From: Octopus vulgaris | Lineage: Eukaryota | DNA: 64,000 nucleotides | Direction of reading: 5' to 3' | Assembly (NCBI GenBank): GCA_951406725.2 | Contig: OX597825.1 | Span: 73,594,001-73,658,000 of the forward strand | Notes under the pieces: generated by a model | What the model was told of the DNA's origin: nothing | Database searches by the model: none | Seen by the model: only the letters and a program-made list of their open reading frames with translations | Part shown: one piece after another, positions 12,734-25,865 of the stretch | Layout of the letters: the number at the start of each line of letters is the position of its first letter | How positions within the stretch are numbered: the first letter of the stretch is position 1 | Translations under genes and position numbers: made by a program

Positions 12734-12920
12734 AATCATCATCATCATCATCATCATTGTTAACATCTATTTTCTATGCTGGCATGGGTTGGACGGTTTG
12801 ACTTGGGGACTGGGAAGCCAGTAGGCTGTGCCAGGCTCCAATACATATATATGTGTAAATATATATATATATTTGTTTGTTAAGCTAGTATCTGAAACAT
12901 AACAAAGGGCAAATATATAC

Positions 12921-12952
<32 letters not shown>

Positions 12953-12954
<2 letters not shown>

Positions 12955-13181
12955 CTGTAAATTAATATGTGACCATTATTCAATAGCCAAGATAAAACTC
13001 TGAGTTTCGGATGCTGAAGTGGAAATCCACAACGCTATCTCTTCGGTTATCTGGCCATCTGAAAAACTCAGAGTTTTATCTTGGCTATTGAATAATGGTC
13101 ACATATTATTTTACAGATAAATTTCCTCTATTTACATAATATTGAGGTCTCTTTCTTTCTTTTGTTATCTTACCATTTTTA

Positions 13182-13185
<4 letters not shown>
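12953..13185. mobile_element. Head-to-head inverted, hammerhead-bearing PLE-like remnant in (TA)n
   Basis: 55-bp near-perfect inverted arms at 12953-13007 and 13064-13118; the + arm continues as a T-rich tail into (TA)n. Confidence 0.75.
12986..13055 (-). ncRNA. Type I hammerhead motif, U4C core variant
   Basis: GCCAGAUAA CCGAAGA [GAUAGC..GUGGA UU UCCAC..GCAUC C] GAAAC UCAGA GUU^UUAUCU U GGC. Stem I is 6 bp + bulge + 3 bp; stem III is palindromic AACUCAGAGUU. Confidence 0.65.
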
Positions 13186-13249
<64 letters not shown>

Positions 13250-13252
<3 letters not shown>

Positions 13253-13626
13253 TGCAGGAGTGGCTGTGTGGTAAGTAGCTTGCTAACCAACCACATGGTT
13301 CCGGGTTCAGTCCCACTGCGTGGCATCTTGGGCAAGTGTCTTCTGCTATAGCCCCAGGCCGACCAATAGTATTTGGTATATATATATGTATATATATATG
13401 TATGTGTGTGTTTGTGTGTCTGTGTTTGTCCCCAAGCATTGCTTGACAACCGATGCTGGTGTGTTTACGTCCCCGTCACTTAGCGGTTCGGCATAAGAGA
13501 CCGATAGAATAAGTACTGGGCTTACAAAGAATAAGTCCCGGGGTCGATTTGCTCGACTAAAGGCGGTGCTCCAGCATGGCCGCAGTCAAATGACTGAAAC
13601 AAGTAAAAGAGTAAAGAGAAAGAGTA
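13250..13626 (+). mobile_element. Family A SINE with internal deletion
   Basis: GGTGCAGGAGTGGCTGTGTGGTAAG...GGGTTCAGTCCC head and AAAGAGT tail. Confidence 0.9.
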
Positions 13627-14624
13627 ATATAAAGGTATATACATATGTATATATTTGTCCGTTGTTAAGTTTCAGACTCTAGCTTAACAAACAAAATGTT
13701 AATTAATTTCACAAAATCCATTTTAATCCTGCTTCATTTTAATATTAATTGAAACACATAAGTAGTAAATTTCTATGAGTAGGATGTTCACTAAAACGTG
13801 AATGTTAGAGGAGATATGAAGCGTGACGTTCATGCTTCATTCGAATGAATTTATGATATAAATGATGCTGTTGCAGGCCAAATCAGGCTGGAGCCTGGCA
13901 CAGCTCTCTGGCTTACCATTCTTGGTCAAACCGTCCAACCAATGCCAGGATAGAAAACGGGCACTCAATGATGATCATGACGATGATGATGTATACACAT
14001 CCTCCTCCTCCTCGTTTAACATCTGTTTTCCATGCTAGCATGGGTTGGACGGTTTGACTGAGGTCTGGTAAGCCATGGAGGCTGCATCAGGCTCCAATCT
14101 GATTTGCCATGGTCTCCACAGCTTGATGCTCTTCCTAACGCCAACCACTCCTAGAGTGTAGTGGGTGCTTTTTATGTGCCACCAGTACAGGAGCCAGTCA
14201 GGGAGTACTGGCATCAGCCATGTTCAGATGGTGCTTTTTACATGTCACCGGCATGGGGAGCCAGTCACGCGGACACACACACACACACACACAATATGAG
14301 TGTGTATTTGTGTGCGTGTCTTTATGTTTGTGTCCTCTTGTGTTTCACACAGGTTGCTGGCTTGATTACATTCCTTTAACTTAGCAGTTCACCAAAAGAG
14401 ATTGATAGAGTAAGTAGCAGATGTTAAAAAAATTAGACATGGCTGTGTGGCAAGAAGTTTGCTTCCCGACTACATGGTTCCAGTTTCCGTCCCACTGAAT
14501 GACATTTCAGACAAACATCTGCTGTAGCCTCAGGCCAACCAAAGCCTTCTGAGTGGTTTTGGCAGACGGAAACTGAAAGAAGCCCATTATTATTTGATTC
14601 AATGCCACACATCTATTTCCAAGT

Positions 14625-14672
<48 letters not shown>

Positions 14673-14794
14673 GTGTATATATCATCATCATCATCATCAT
14701 CGTTTAACGACCGTTTTCTGTGCTAGCACGGGTTGGATGGTTCAATCGGGGTCTGGGAAGCAAGGAGGCTGCACCAGGCTCCAGTCTGATATAT

Positions 14795-14988
14795 ATCGTT
14801 GGCAATTTTTTTTTTCTCCGTCTTCCCTTCTCTAGATCTTTCCTTTTTCTATGTTTCTGACGAAGAGCTCTGCTCGAAACTTAAAACCCTCCTTCTACCT
14901 TTCCTTCCTGAGCATCGAATAATACTATACTTGTTCCACGTCCTTGCGTTGTTGTGTTTTCTCTTTGTGTTTTCATGTTTGGATTAAC

Positions 14989-14990
<2 letters not shown>
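14795..14990 (+). mobile_element. Short pyrimidine-rich PLE-like module with a minimal hammerhead (14853-14887), flanked by (TA)n
   Basis: GUUU CUGACGA A GAGC-UCU-GCUC GAAAC UUA^AAAC, followed by a T-rich tail ending ACTATATATA. Confidence 0.7.
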
Positions 14991-15028
<38 letters not shown>

Positions 15029-15377
15029 ATGAGCTTCTTTATATATATATGTGTTTGTGTGTGTGTGTTTGTGCTTGTATTTATTTCCCACCACTTCTTG
15101 ACAACTGGTGTTGGTGTGTTTACATTCCTATAACCTAGCAGTTTGGCCAAAGAGACTGACAGAATAAGAACCAGGCTTTAAAAAATTAACAAGCACTAGG
15201 GTCGATCCATTTCACTAAAAAAAAAAAAAAAAAATTCAAGGTGATGCCCCAGCATGGCCGACCACAATCTAATGACTAAAACAAGTAAAATACACACACA
15301 CACACACACACACAAACATGTATGTATGTATATGTATATACATACATGTATTATATACAAAGCATTCAACAGTGATG

Positions 15378-15428
<51 letters not shown>

Positions 15429-15431
<3 letters not shown>

Positions 15432-15835
15432 CGCAGGAGTGGCTGTGTTGTAAGTAGCTTGCTAACCAACCACATGGTTCCGGGTTCAGTCTCACTGCGT
15501 GGCATCTTGGGCAAGTGTCTTCTGCTATAGCCCGGGCCAACCAATGCCTTGTGAGTGGATTTGGTAGACAGAAACTGAAAGAAGCCTGTCGTATATATGT
15601 ATATATATATATATGTGTGTGTGTTTGTGTTTGTCCCCCTAGCATTGCTTGACAACCAATGCTGGTGTGTTTACGTCCCCGTCACTTAGCGGTTCGGCAA
15701 AAGAGACCGATAGAATAAGTACTGGGCTTACAAAGAATAAGTCCCGGGGTCGATTTGCTCGACTAAAGGTGGTGCTCCAGCACGGCCGCAGTCAAATGAC
15801 TGAAACAAGTAAAAGAGTAAAAGAGTAAAAGAGTA
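15429..15835 (+). mobile_element. Family A SINE, full length
   Basis: Complete head, internal (TA)(TG) tract and (AAAAGAGT)3 tail. Confidence 0.92.
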
Positions 15836-16109
15836 TATGTATTTATGTATATATATATGTATGTATGCAATTTAACAGAGGCGCATGCTTTCTTCAATGT
15901 CTATCTCTCTCATAAACCATTTTTTGCTTTTTACTGTAGAAATATCATTTTTCGTTTATCATCAAATAATTGAGTTAACGCGTCAGCGAACCCACCCACG
16001 TAGACACCCACAAACACGCTCATACGCATGCATACATACACACTCACATCACACTCGCATATGCACACACATTGATATATATATATATATATATACATAT
16101 ACACATACA

Positions 16110-16329
16110 TATACACATACATGAGACACATGTACACTCACAAAAAGACCATACATAAACACATAGATACATACATACTAACAGACACACCTACACAGAC
16201 ATACATATACACACATACATGCATGCATACATACATATATACATACATATATTTACAAACATAGATGCATACATATTCTCTGACACAGAAACCATATACA
16301 GATACACAAACACAAACTTATATACAAGC

Positions 16330-16374
<45 letters not shown>

Positions 16375-17005
16375 CACACACCCATACACACTCACCTACA
16401 CATACAAGACACCTAGATATACACACACAAAGTCATATCTAAACACACAGATACATACATACATACATACATACATCCATACATACATACATACATACAT
16501 ACATACACACACACATATATATATATACAAAAACAGACGCATGCTTATTCACTGGCATAGAGACCACATATACAGACAGACACATATAAACTCATATACA
16601 GACACACAAGCACATACAAACACACACACAAACACACGCATACACACACAAGACATCTACATACACACATATTAAAAAACCATATCCAAACACACCAATA
16701 CATACATACTGTCAGACTTACATATACATACATACACACATATATATACACACATACATACACAAATATATATATGCATACACAAATACACATATAAACA
16801 AACATAGACACATACTTATTCACTTACACAGAAACCATATACAGATAGACACACACACAAACACACACACGCATACACACACAAGACATCTACATATACA
16901 CATTAAAAAACCATATTCAAACACACAAATGCACACATACTGTCAGACTTACATATACATACACACATACACACACACACACACACACATACATACATAC
17001 ATACA

Positions 17006-17037
<32 letters not shown>

Positions 17038-17450
17038 CATATACATATACGCATACACACATACATATATAAACAAACATAGACGCATACATATTCACTG
17101 ACACAGAAACCATATACAGATAGACACACAGAGAAACACACACACAAACACACACACGCATACACACACAAGACATCTACATATACACAAATTAAAAAAA
17201 CATATTCAAACACACAAATGCACACATACTGTCAGACTTACATATACATACACACATACACACACACACACACATACATACATACATACATATACATATA
17301 CATATACGCATACACACATACACATATAAACAAACATAGACGCATACTTATTCACTGACACAGAAACCATATACAGATAGACACAGACACAGAAACACAC
17401 ACAAACACACACACACACACACACATACACACACACACATAGACACACAC
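16110..17450. repeat. Higher-order tandem repeat of a CA/TA-rich ~230-290-bp unit
   Basis: Anchor motifs CAAGACATCTACATA, CATACTGTCAGACTTACATATAC and CACAGAAACCATATACAGATA recur 3-4 times (units at ~16645, 16877, 17166). Confidence 0.85.
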
Positions 17451-18313
17451 ATCTAAATACACATGAAAGAAGTCAATTATTTTACATCTTCACATGATTT
17501 TCATCTCGATGTTATCTTGACAAAGATATTTGCTGTTCTGAGAACTTGCTTTGATCATTTCCAGCAAAATATGGCTTTTCATATTTAGCATAGAATATTC
17601 TTACTCGACGTGTTCACAGCTCAGCTTCTCTTGAGAACATTCATTTCTATTAGATTATAAGACAAAAAAAAAAAACGAAGAAAAACAATCTCACTTTGCA
17701 AGATGGTTGGTGGCGCTGTATGCATATGTACATGTGTGTGTGTATGTGTGTAGGTGTGTATGTGTGTGTCTGTGTGTATTTTTACGTCTGCTTCTGTTTT
17801 TCATTTATGGATTGTTGGTCTTTTACAAAAGAAGAATTATATTATGTTTCTTTCACACCTTCTCTTTTACTCTCTATTTCCTTTCTTTCTTTCTTTCTTT
17901 CTTTCTCTCTTTTTCTTTCTTCCTCTCTTTCTCTCTTTCTCTCTTTGCACATACGTATATATATGGTTTTGATGTTTGTGCTTAAATGTACATATATAAG
18001 TACACATATGTATATGGATATCATAAGTGTATGCAAATATATGCGTATGTGTATATATATAAATCTATGTATGCGTATATATATATATATATATACACAT
18101 GCATACACATATGTGTATCTGTCTCTCTCTCACTATCTATCTATGTATCTATATGTATATATATATATACTATGTATATAATTTAGAGAAAAATCCACTA
18201 TTAAATAATTCAATAACGAAAGACGTTATTCACACCATATAGAAAACATATACTATAAAACAAACCTTAATTTAAATCAATAAAGTACAATAAATAGTAA
18301 ATAGTTGTAAAAA

Positions 18314-18433
18314 AGACTACACACGTTTCATGGCTATATTTTCAAATAGATAATAATAATATAACCAGTTCGATTCAAAATTAAATAGAACTAAAATTAA
18401 TTCTATTTAAAAATATAGTCACTCATCAGGTCT
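18314..18433 (-). ncRNA. Type I hammerhead with canonical core and greatly extended stem II
   Basis: AGAC CUGAUGA [GUGACUAUAUUUUUAAAUAGA...UCUAUUUGAAAAUAUAGCCAU] GAAAC GUGU GUA^GUCU. 20 of the 21 basal stem II positions pair (WC or GU). A T-rich tail runs to (TA)n at ~18180. Confidence 0.8.
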
Positions 18434-20018
18434 AAGATAATAAATAATAAAAATTAAATAATAGAATAAATGTACTTAACTTGTACTAATTATCAAATAA
18501 ATATATAAAAATATACAGGTATTAACTATAAATAATCGAAAAGCATTTAACAATATTTCTTAAAATAAAAATAGAACTCATCTTGTCGAAGGAATTTCGT
18601 TAACTAACAATTTAAATGTAATTTAAGCGTAAAGCTATTGAACAACTAACAAACAGTCTGCCTCTGCTTTCATACAGGTGCAGAAAAAGGCTACACTTGT
18701 TGTGGGGCCAATCCGGTTGTCAACTGAGTCTAGTATGGATATTACCCCGCCACCTCCCTTTAACCAAGAAGGCAAGACAGTTTTCATCGTACTGGTGACT
18801 GTGGTGAAAGAATGTGTATGGTGGGCTCGTTTGAAAGGCTTAATGACAAATACTTTATTCTCTGGCCAACTTATCATCAACTTTTTCAAATATTACTTGA
18901 AAATGACAGTGAGAGCAGGAAGGGAAGTTTTGTCTAATGAAAAGTTTAATAAAAGGTGGGTGAATGTAGCATGAATGATGAAACCACTTTGAACAAGAAC
19001 CTATAGAACAAAAGGACGAAGGGTGCTTTGCTCTCATGTTTTTTCCCGTAGTTACTGTGACATTTTTTCATAGTTTTTTCTTTTCACAGATAACCCTAGT
19101 CAGCATTTTATTTTCTCCCCCTTTTGGGAATTCTATTTGTTAAAACGACACTTTGTTACCCTTTTTGTACATGTTCCAAAATGTTATTGATCCTTATTGA
19201 TCGGTTTCAAAACGAAAAATGCTACATTGTATTGTCCCCCCCCCCCCCTGTTTGGCCCTGCGTGGCTTAATAAAGAAATCTATTTGAATGGTTGGCCTTT
19301 TAGATTTTTTCACAATCAATGTGCACATGTCAAAAAGCCTGGACATGTTTTTGCAAATAGCTCTTTTCTATGCTGGCATGTGTTGAACAGATTGATAAGA
19401 TCTTGAAGGCCACAGGTCATTTCTGTGGTGATTTCGTTTTGCCAAGGTCTGAAGTTTATTGTGCTTCTCAAAATAATACAACCAGAACAGAAATTTTCCC
19501 AGGCAAAAAAAACTGCAGCTTCTGGCTTTCCAGTGACACACTTATGTTAAATATGTTATATATGTATGTATGTATGTATGTATGAACGTATCTATCTATC
19601 TATCTTTCTACCTACCTACTTACGATGCTAGAGCACCACCTTAAACGGTCTTAGTTGGTGCCATGTATAATGCACTTGTGTCAGTGCTGTGTAGATGCAG
19701 CCATGCCAATGCTGCATAAATGCACCCATACTGGTGTCATGTAAAAATCACCCAAAACACTCTGAAAATTGCTTGTTGTTAGGAAGGGCATCCAGCCATA
19801 GAAACCATGCCACAATGGAAAACTGGAGTCTGGACAGCTCTCCGACAGGCCAACTCCTGTCAAACTGTCCAGCCTATGCCAGCATGGAGAAAGGGGACAT
19901 TAAATGATGACAATGATGATGATTATGCGGAACTAATTACTAATTAGGTGTCGTCTTCGTTTGGCATTCTGTCTGAAATTCACACTGTTTTCCAACAGAG
20001 TACAACATTCAAAGTACA

Positions 20019-20441
20019 TACTCTTTTACTCTTGTACTTGTTTCAGTCGTTTGACTGTGGCCATGCTGGAGCACCACCTTTTAGTTGAGAAAATCGACCC
20101 CAGTACTTATTCTTTGTAAGCCTAGTACTTATTCTATCAGTCTCTTTTGCTGAACTGCTAAGTTAAGGGGACATAAACACACCAGCATCGGTTGTCAAGT
20201 GATGCTAGGGAGACAAACACAGACACACAAGCATATACACACACACACATATATATATATATATACATACATATAGATATACATATATATGATGGGATTC
20301 TTTCAGTTTCTGTCTACCAAACCACTCAAGGCTTTGGTCGGCCTGAGGCTATAGTAGAAGATACTTGCCCAAAGTGCCACGCAGTGGGACTGAACCCAGA
20401 ACCATGTGGTTGGTTAGCAAGTTACTTACCACACAGCCACT
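20019..20441 (-). mobile_element. Family A SINE
   Basis: Reverse-complement match to 15429-15835, with several CpG-type substitutions. Confidence 0.88.
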
Positions 20442-20639
20442 AACTATAAATGCAACATCATCAACAACAACAACAATAATAACAACAACATCAACTTGGA
20501 ATAAATGGCACCCTCCCCGTCTCCACTCAACCGATCCTACTTTAGAAAAATCAGATAAAAAATATATAGAAACCTCGATGGAGGGACAAGATACTGAGCT
20601 TTGGGTTTTGTTTTATTGCAAAGATTTAATTTTTCAATG

Positions 20640-21140
20640 TCTACCATCAACCCCTATCATTGTCACCCCCCACCACCAATACCACTACCACTGCCACTAC
20701 CACTGTCATCATTCACCATCACCACCACCACCACCACCACCACCACCACCATGTTCATCATTCATCACCACTACCACCCTCACCACTGCTATCACCACCA
20801 CCACCACTGTCACCGCTACTATAATCATTATCACCACCACACCACCACCACCACCACCATCAACACCACCACCATTTTCATCATTCATCACTACTACCAC
20901 CCTCATCACTACTATCACAACCACCACCACCACCACCACTGTCACCGCTACTATAATCACCATCATCACCACACCAACACCACCATTGCCACTGCTACCA
21001 CCACCACCACTGTCACCGCTACTATAATCATTATCACCACCACACCAACACCACCATTGCCACTGCTACCACCACCACCACCACCACCACCACCACCACC
21101 ACCACCACCACCTGTCACCCTTACCGCACCACCATCCACC
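20640..21140. repeat. (ACC)n/(ATC)n compound repeat with internal block duplications
   Basis: CACTGTCACCGCTACTATAATCA occurs three times; source of the Pro/Thr/His-rich ORFs. Confidence 0.9.
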
Positions 21141-21453
21141 ATATCTGGTCTGTTTAAGACAATATGCAGGAAATTCTTTCAATGGAGTGTAAAGACAAGT
21201 AATCAACGCTTGAAGAACAACAATAACGGTTAATGAGGGAGAAAAGTGGTTATGAGGAAATGTCTGAGACAGTAAGGTACCGTAGCGAAATACATTTGAC
21301 TATTTTATTTTGTGAGTCTTTCTTCTTTTCCTTTCTTTGTTCTCGATGCAAATTTCTTTGCCATACCGGTTGTCTTTCATTCATTTGGTTTCGGTTTTAA
21401 GGGATTTGACAAAAATTTTGATTAAATACATTGGAATTGTGGAATTGCCCCAT

Positions 21454-21526
<73 letters not shown>

Positions 21527-21542
21527 TATATGTATGTGAGTG

Positions 21543-21642
<100 letters not shown>

Positions 21643-22864
21643 ATCTATTATCATCCTCATCATCATCCTCATCATCACCATCGGCGTCGTTGTCATTTAA
21701 CGCCCGCTTTCCATGCTAGCATAGGTTGGACGATTCGACTGAGGTCTGGCCAACCAGATGGCTGCACCAGGCTCCGATCTGATCTGGCAGAGTTTCTACA
21801 GCTGGATGCCCTTCCTAATGCCAACCACTCCGGGAGAGCAGTGGGGGCATTTTACATGCCACTGGTACGAGGGCCAGTCAGGCAGTACTACCATGTATGT
21901 ATGTATGTATGTATGTATGTATGTATCTATATGTATATGTAGATATATACATATATAAGTATATATATGTACATATATATATATGTATACATATATATAC
22001 ATGTATACATGTATACCTACTCACAAACCCCATTTATGTCTATCTTACTTTCTTGCTCTATATATGCATTTACAATATAAGTTATTCAAAACACTACCAA
22101 AATACCACCTGGATTTACCTGGGATTTTAACTAACGACCTGTACCTTCATGGATATTACTGACCAATATCCATATCCTCTAGAAAAAGATGGGTTGTGAA
22201 CATTATTCTCCTGCCTATATTCTTCGCCTATATTCTATTTATTCATTATGGACTATCCATGAATCTACTCTATAGAAAGACACCCCATCTCTCTCTTTCT
22301 ATACCTTTAATCCCTCAACTGGCACAATGCTTTCCCCAACTCAGTACAACTTCCTTCTCTTAGTTGATGCATGTTTGTCTTGCAAGGTACTTGATGACCC
22401 TGTCAGTGATGGTGTCACATAAAAAGCATTATTGCTGGTGCCATGTAAAAATCACCCAGTACACTCTGTAAAGTGGTTGGCATTAGGAAGAGCACATGCA
22501 GCCACAGGAACCATGCCAAAACAGACAATGGAACCTGGTGCTGCTCCTGGCTTTACCAGCTTCACCTGTTAAATCATCAAAATGCTAACAGGGAAAGGAG
22601 TGTGGATGTTAAATGATGATGATGATGATGATGATGATGATGTAATCTTCGTTATCATTAAAGCAAAATCATTGAAAAGATCCTACCCTTTACAACTTAA
22701 GTCCGTAACATTGGATTTAACCCTGAAGAGATTCTACCCTTAACAACTTAAATTTTTAACCCTGGATTTAACCCATATGTTTTGAATAATGTATTACCAA
22801 AACCTTAAAAACAAACTATGATGCAAATAAATTTAATATACATCTTTAGCTCTCTATTTTCTTA

Positions 22865-22925
<61 letters not shown>

Positions 22926-23264
22926 ATGCATATATATATATGTGTGTGTGTGTGTGTGTTTGTATATATAAACGCGTAGTAGACGAAACAGGGACAACTG
23001 AAGAAGGGGAATATTCCTTGTGTTGTATGTCTTGTACTCTGTTCTTTTCGTTGTTTGAAAAAAAAAGTTCGTTTTCCATGTTTTTGTTTTTATGTTTTCG
23101 TTTCTCATTGTGTTCAACGTTTTTTGATGTCCTGTACCTATATATGCATGTATATATACATATAGATGTAGGTATGTACATGTGTGTATGTATATATGCA
23201 TATATTTATATATTATATATTATATTCTTCAATTCCTTAAAAATGTTTTAGCCCGAAGGCCGTG

Positions 23265-23303
<39 letters not shown>

Positions 23304-23363
23304 AAATATACAAATGCAGACACAAGCATATACAAACACACACACAAACACACGCACTTCTAT

Positions 23364-23890
23364 GGGATAGCGGGACACGTACTTCTCTCTTATAGGCTGA
23401 TGGAATATTATACACATCAAGGTGTTGAGAAACGATTCCTGATGGACCCTTGCTGTAACACACCAAATTCATGGCTGAACCCTTTGCTGACACACAGCAT
23501 AATAACTGCATTTTCATCATGGCTTCCCAAACCCTCCCATGGCCCTTCTAAACCATTTGCTTAACCCCATGCTTCTTCGTTAGCGGTCACTACATAAGAG
23601 AACATAAAACCTCGTCAATGAATGCTTGGTATGAGAGCTTACTCATTGCTAAATGCTTTTCCTGCAAGTTTTTCTCTTGGAAGACGGATGGCATTGGTGA
23701 ATATCTGCTCTTGGCACAAAACCAAACTGTTTCTCATCTTGACTGATTCAGTTCCTAATCAATTGCGCCATAAATCATTCTGTTTCTTCCATCATTTCTT
23801 GTAACAATTCGATGCCTCTGTAACTTTTTTGCTCTGGGGCCACACCCTTTGCCCTTTGCAGTAGTTTATAATAATATGGCTACACCGATA
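23364..23890 (-). pseudogene. Degenerate reverse transcriptase fragment of an RTE-type LINE
   Basis: Manual translation with stops and frameshifts: ..GVAPEQKSYRGIELLQEMMEETE*FMAQLIRN*ISQDEKQFGFVP.. / LQEKHLAMSKLSYQAFID / GFSHEFGV / VHQES (NYRGI, QFGF, AF.D and GVHQG motifs). Confidence 0.8.
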
Positions 23891-24056
23891 ATTGATATAT
23901 AAACATTTGTTTGTACATATAGATATAAACACACACACACACAAATGTGTGTGTGCGTGTGCGTTTGTATATGCTTGTGTCTGCATTTGTATATACACAT
24001 ATATATATAAGCATTCACACACATATATATATAAATATATATCGATCTATATATAC

Positions 24057-24139
<83 letters not shown>

Positions 24140-24719
24140 TGTGTGTGTGTGTGTGTATTTGATAGGTTTGTCGTTTATATGTATAGTGATAATTTGTTTT
24201 TTTTTATATATTTATATATAGAGAGAGTGAATGAGGGAGAAAGAGGAAGAGCTCTAGAATAAGTGACCCATACTTAAAAATAAATATTGGGATTAATTTA
24301 TCAAATTAAAACCCTTCAGCACAATGACCGAAACATTACTGGCCATGACTTCTGACAAAAACATTCAGTGACAAGGCAGAATTTGAACTCAGAACGCGAA
24401 GATCCATGAAACACACCAAAAATTATCCTGCATGGTACTCAAACAATTCCACTGACCAGCTGCACTGAGCTGGTATATTTTTTAGTGATTCCCAAATGGG
24501 TAAAAGCCAAAGCTGGCCTTGGTGGTATTTGAACTCGTAGTGCAGCGAATCAAAAGAAATAAACACAAGGCACTAGTATGGCCGTGTGGTTAAGACCCTT
24601 GCTTACTGACCATGCGGTCTCCAGTTCAATCCTACTATGTAGCACCTTGGGAAACTGCCTTATACCGTTGCCTCACGCTGGTCAAAGACTTGTGAGAAGA
24701 TTTGGCAGATGGAAACAGC

Positions 24720-24752
<33 letters not shown>

Positions 24753-24946
24753 TATATATATACACACATACATACATAAATACATACACACATATATTTG
24801 TTTATTTATATACATACATACATACATACATACATGCATACATACATACATACATACATACATACATACATACATACATACATACATACATACATACATA
24901 CATACATACATACATACATACATACATACATACATACATACACATA

Positions 24947-25508
24947 CATGCAGGAAGTAAATACACACCTTTAATGTTCAAAATTTTTTATCTAAGCGTC
25001 TTAATATGTTTTCAGCAGTGTAGAATTTACAATGTAATTATTCTTTTTCATTCCAGGTGCTATTATACTAAACATTTGCGAAGAGTAACCATGCCATGCA
25101 CAAAAGATTCAGCAGAACTGTCAGATTTTCAAAGAGGTTGTATTGTTGGGCAATCTGAGGCTGGTCTTTGCCAGCAAAAAATTGCCGAAAATCGTCAAAT
25201 TCCTATTGCTACTGTAAATAGAATTACAGTGCAATTCAAAAGCCAAGGAAAAGAATCAACAGATTCTCGTCCCGGCTGATCTGGGCCCTTGGAAAGGAAG
25301 TTTCACTGTTTGAAGAGAATTGTAGAAGACGAACGCCGTTCGAAGGCTTCTGACATTGCAAAACAGCTAAAAGTTAGTCCAAGAACGTGTGTTACATATC
25401 TGCATAAGCTTGGTTATTATGGACGAGCAGCTAGAAGAAAACCTCTCCTTCAATTAATATCAAATAAAAGATTCTGAAAATTAAAGGTGTCTATTTACTT
25501 CCTGCACG
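24947..25508 (+). mobile_element. Internally deleted Tc1-family transposon
   Basis: TIRs C(A/G)TGCAGGAAGTAAATA(C/G)ACACCTTTAAT(G/T)TTCA at both ends; TA precedes the left TIR. Confidence 0.9.
25091..25477 (+). pseudogene. Tc1 transposase N-terminal paired-type DNA-binding domain; no DDE domain
   Basis: MPCTKDSAELSDFQRGCIVG...SRPG*SGP...LHKLGYYGRAARRKPLL; in-frame TGA at the GRP motif, probably CGA>TGA. Confidence 0.9.
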
Positions 25509-25545
25509 TGTGTGTGTGTGTGTGTGTGTGTTGTGTGTGTGTATG

Positions 25546-25595
<50 letters not shown>

Positions 25596-25809
25596 CTCTT
25601 GGAACAGGAAATTATGTAGTGAACTTCATTAGCTTACAACCGTTTCTGCTCTAAGGTGCAATGCAGTCAGAACTGAATGCTTGTCAATCACCCTAAGTTC
25701 GTATTTATGTTCTCTTTACCCAACCAGCGCTTTCTTCTGAAGCATATGTATACTGAGTTCTAACAGAATAATATTAGTACTGCTACGCTTAAACAAAACA
25801 TTAGAATAC

Positions 25810-25865
<56 letters not shown>

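Noticed and set aside
18635-19550. Possible Penelope RT/GIY-YIG ORF upstream of the 18314 hammerhead
   Set aside because: The short ORFs show no RT or GIY-YIG motifs.
20365-21233. Long Pro/Thr/His-rich ORFs (mucin- or extensin-like)
   Set aside because: The longest starts inside a SINE and both consist of (ACC)n repeats that stay open in several frames.
22970-23135. CTGAAGAAGGGG motif and an AAACGCGTA half-site in a TA-flanked T-rich module
   Set aside because: Order and pairing do not make a hammerhead; probably a 5'-truncated module, so not counted.
25628-25745. Possible hammerhead on the minus strand (CAGAAGA...GAAACGGTTGTAAGC)
   Set aside because: Core is mutated, stem I is out of register by one base and stem II is unclear; at best a decayed remnant.
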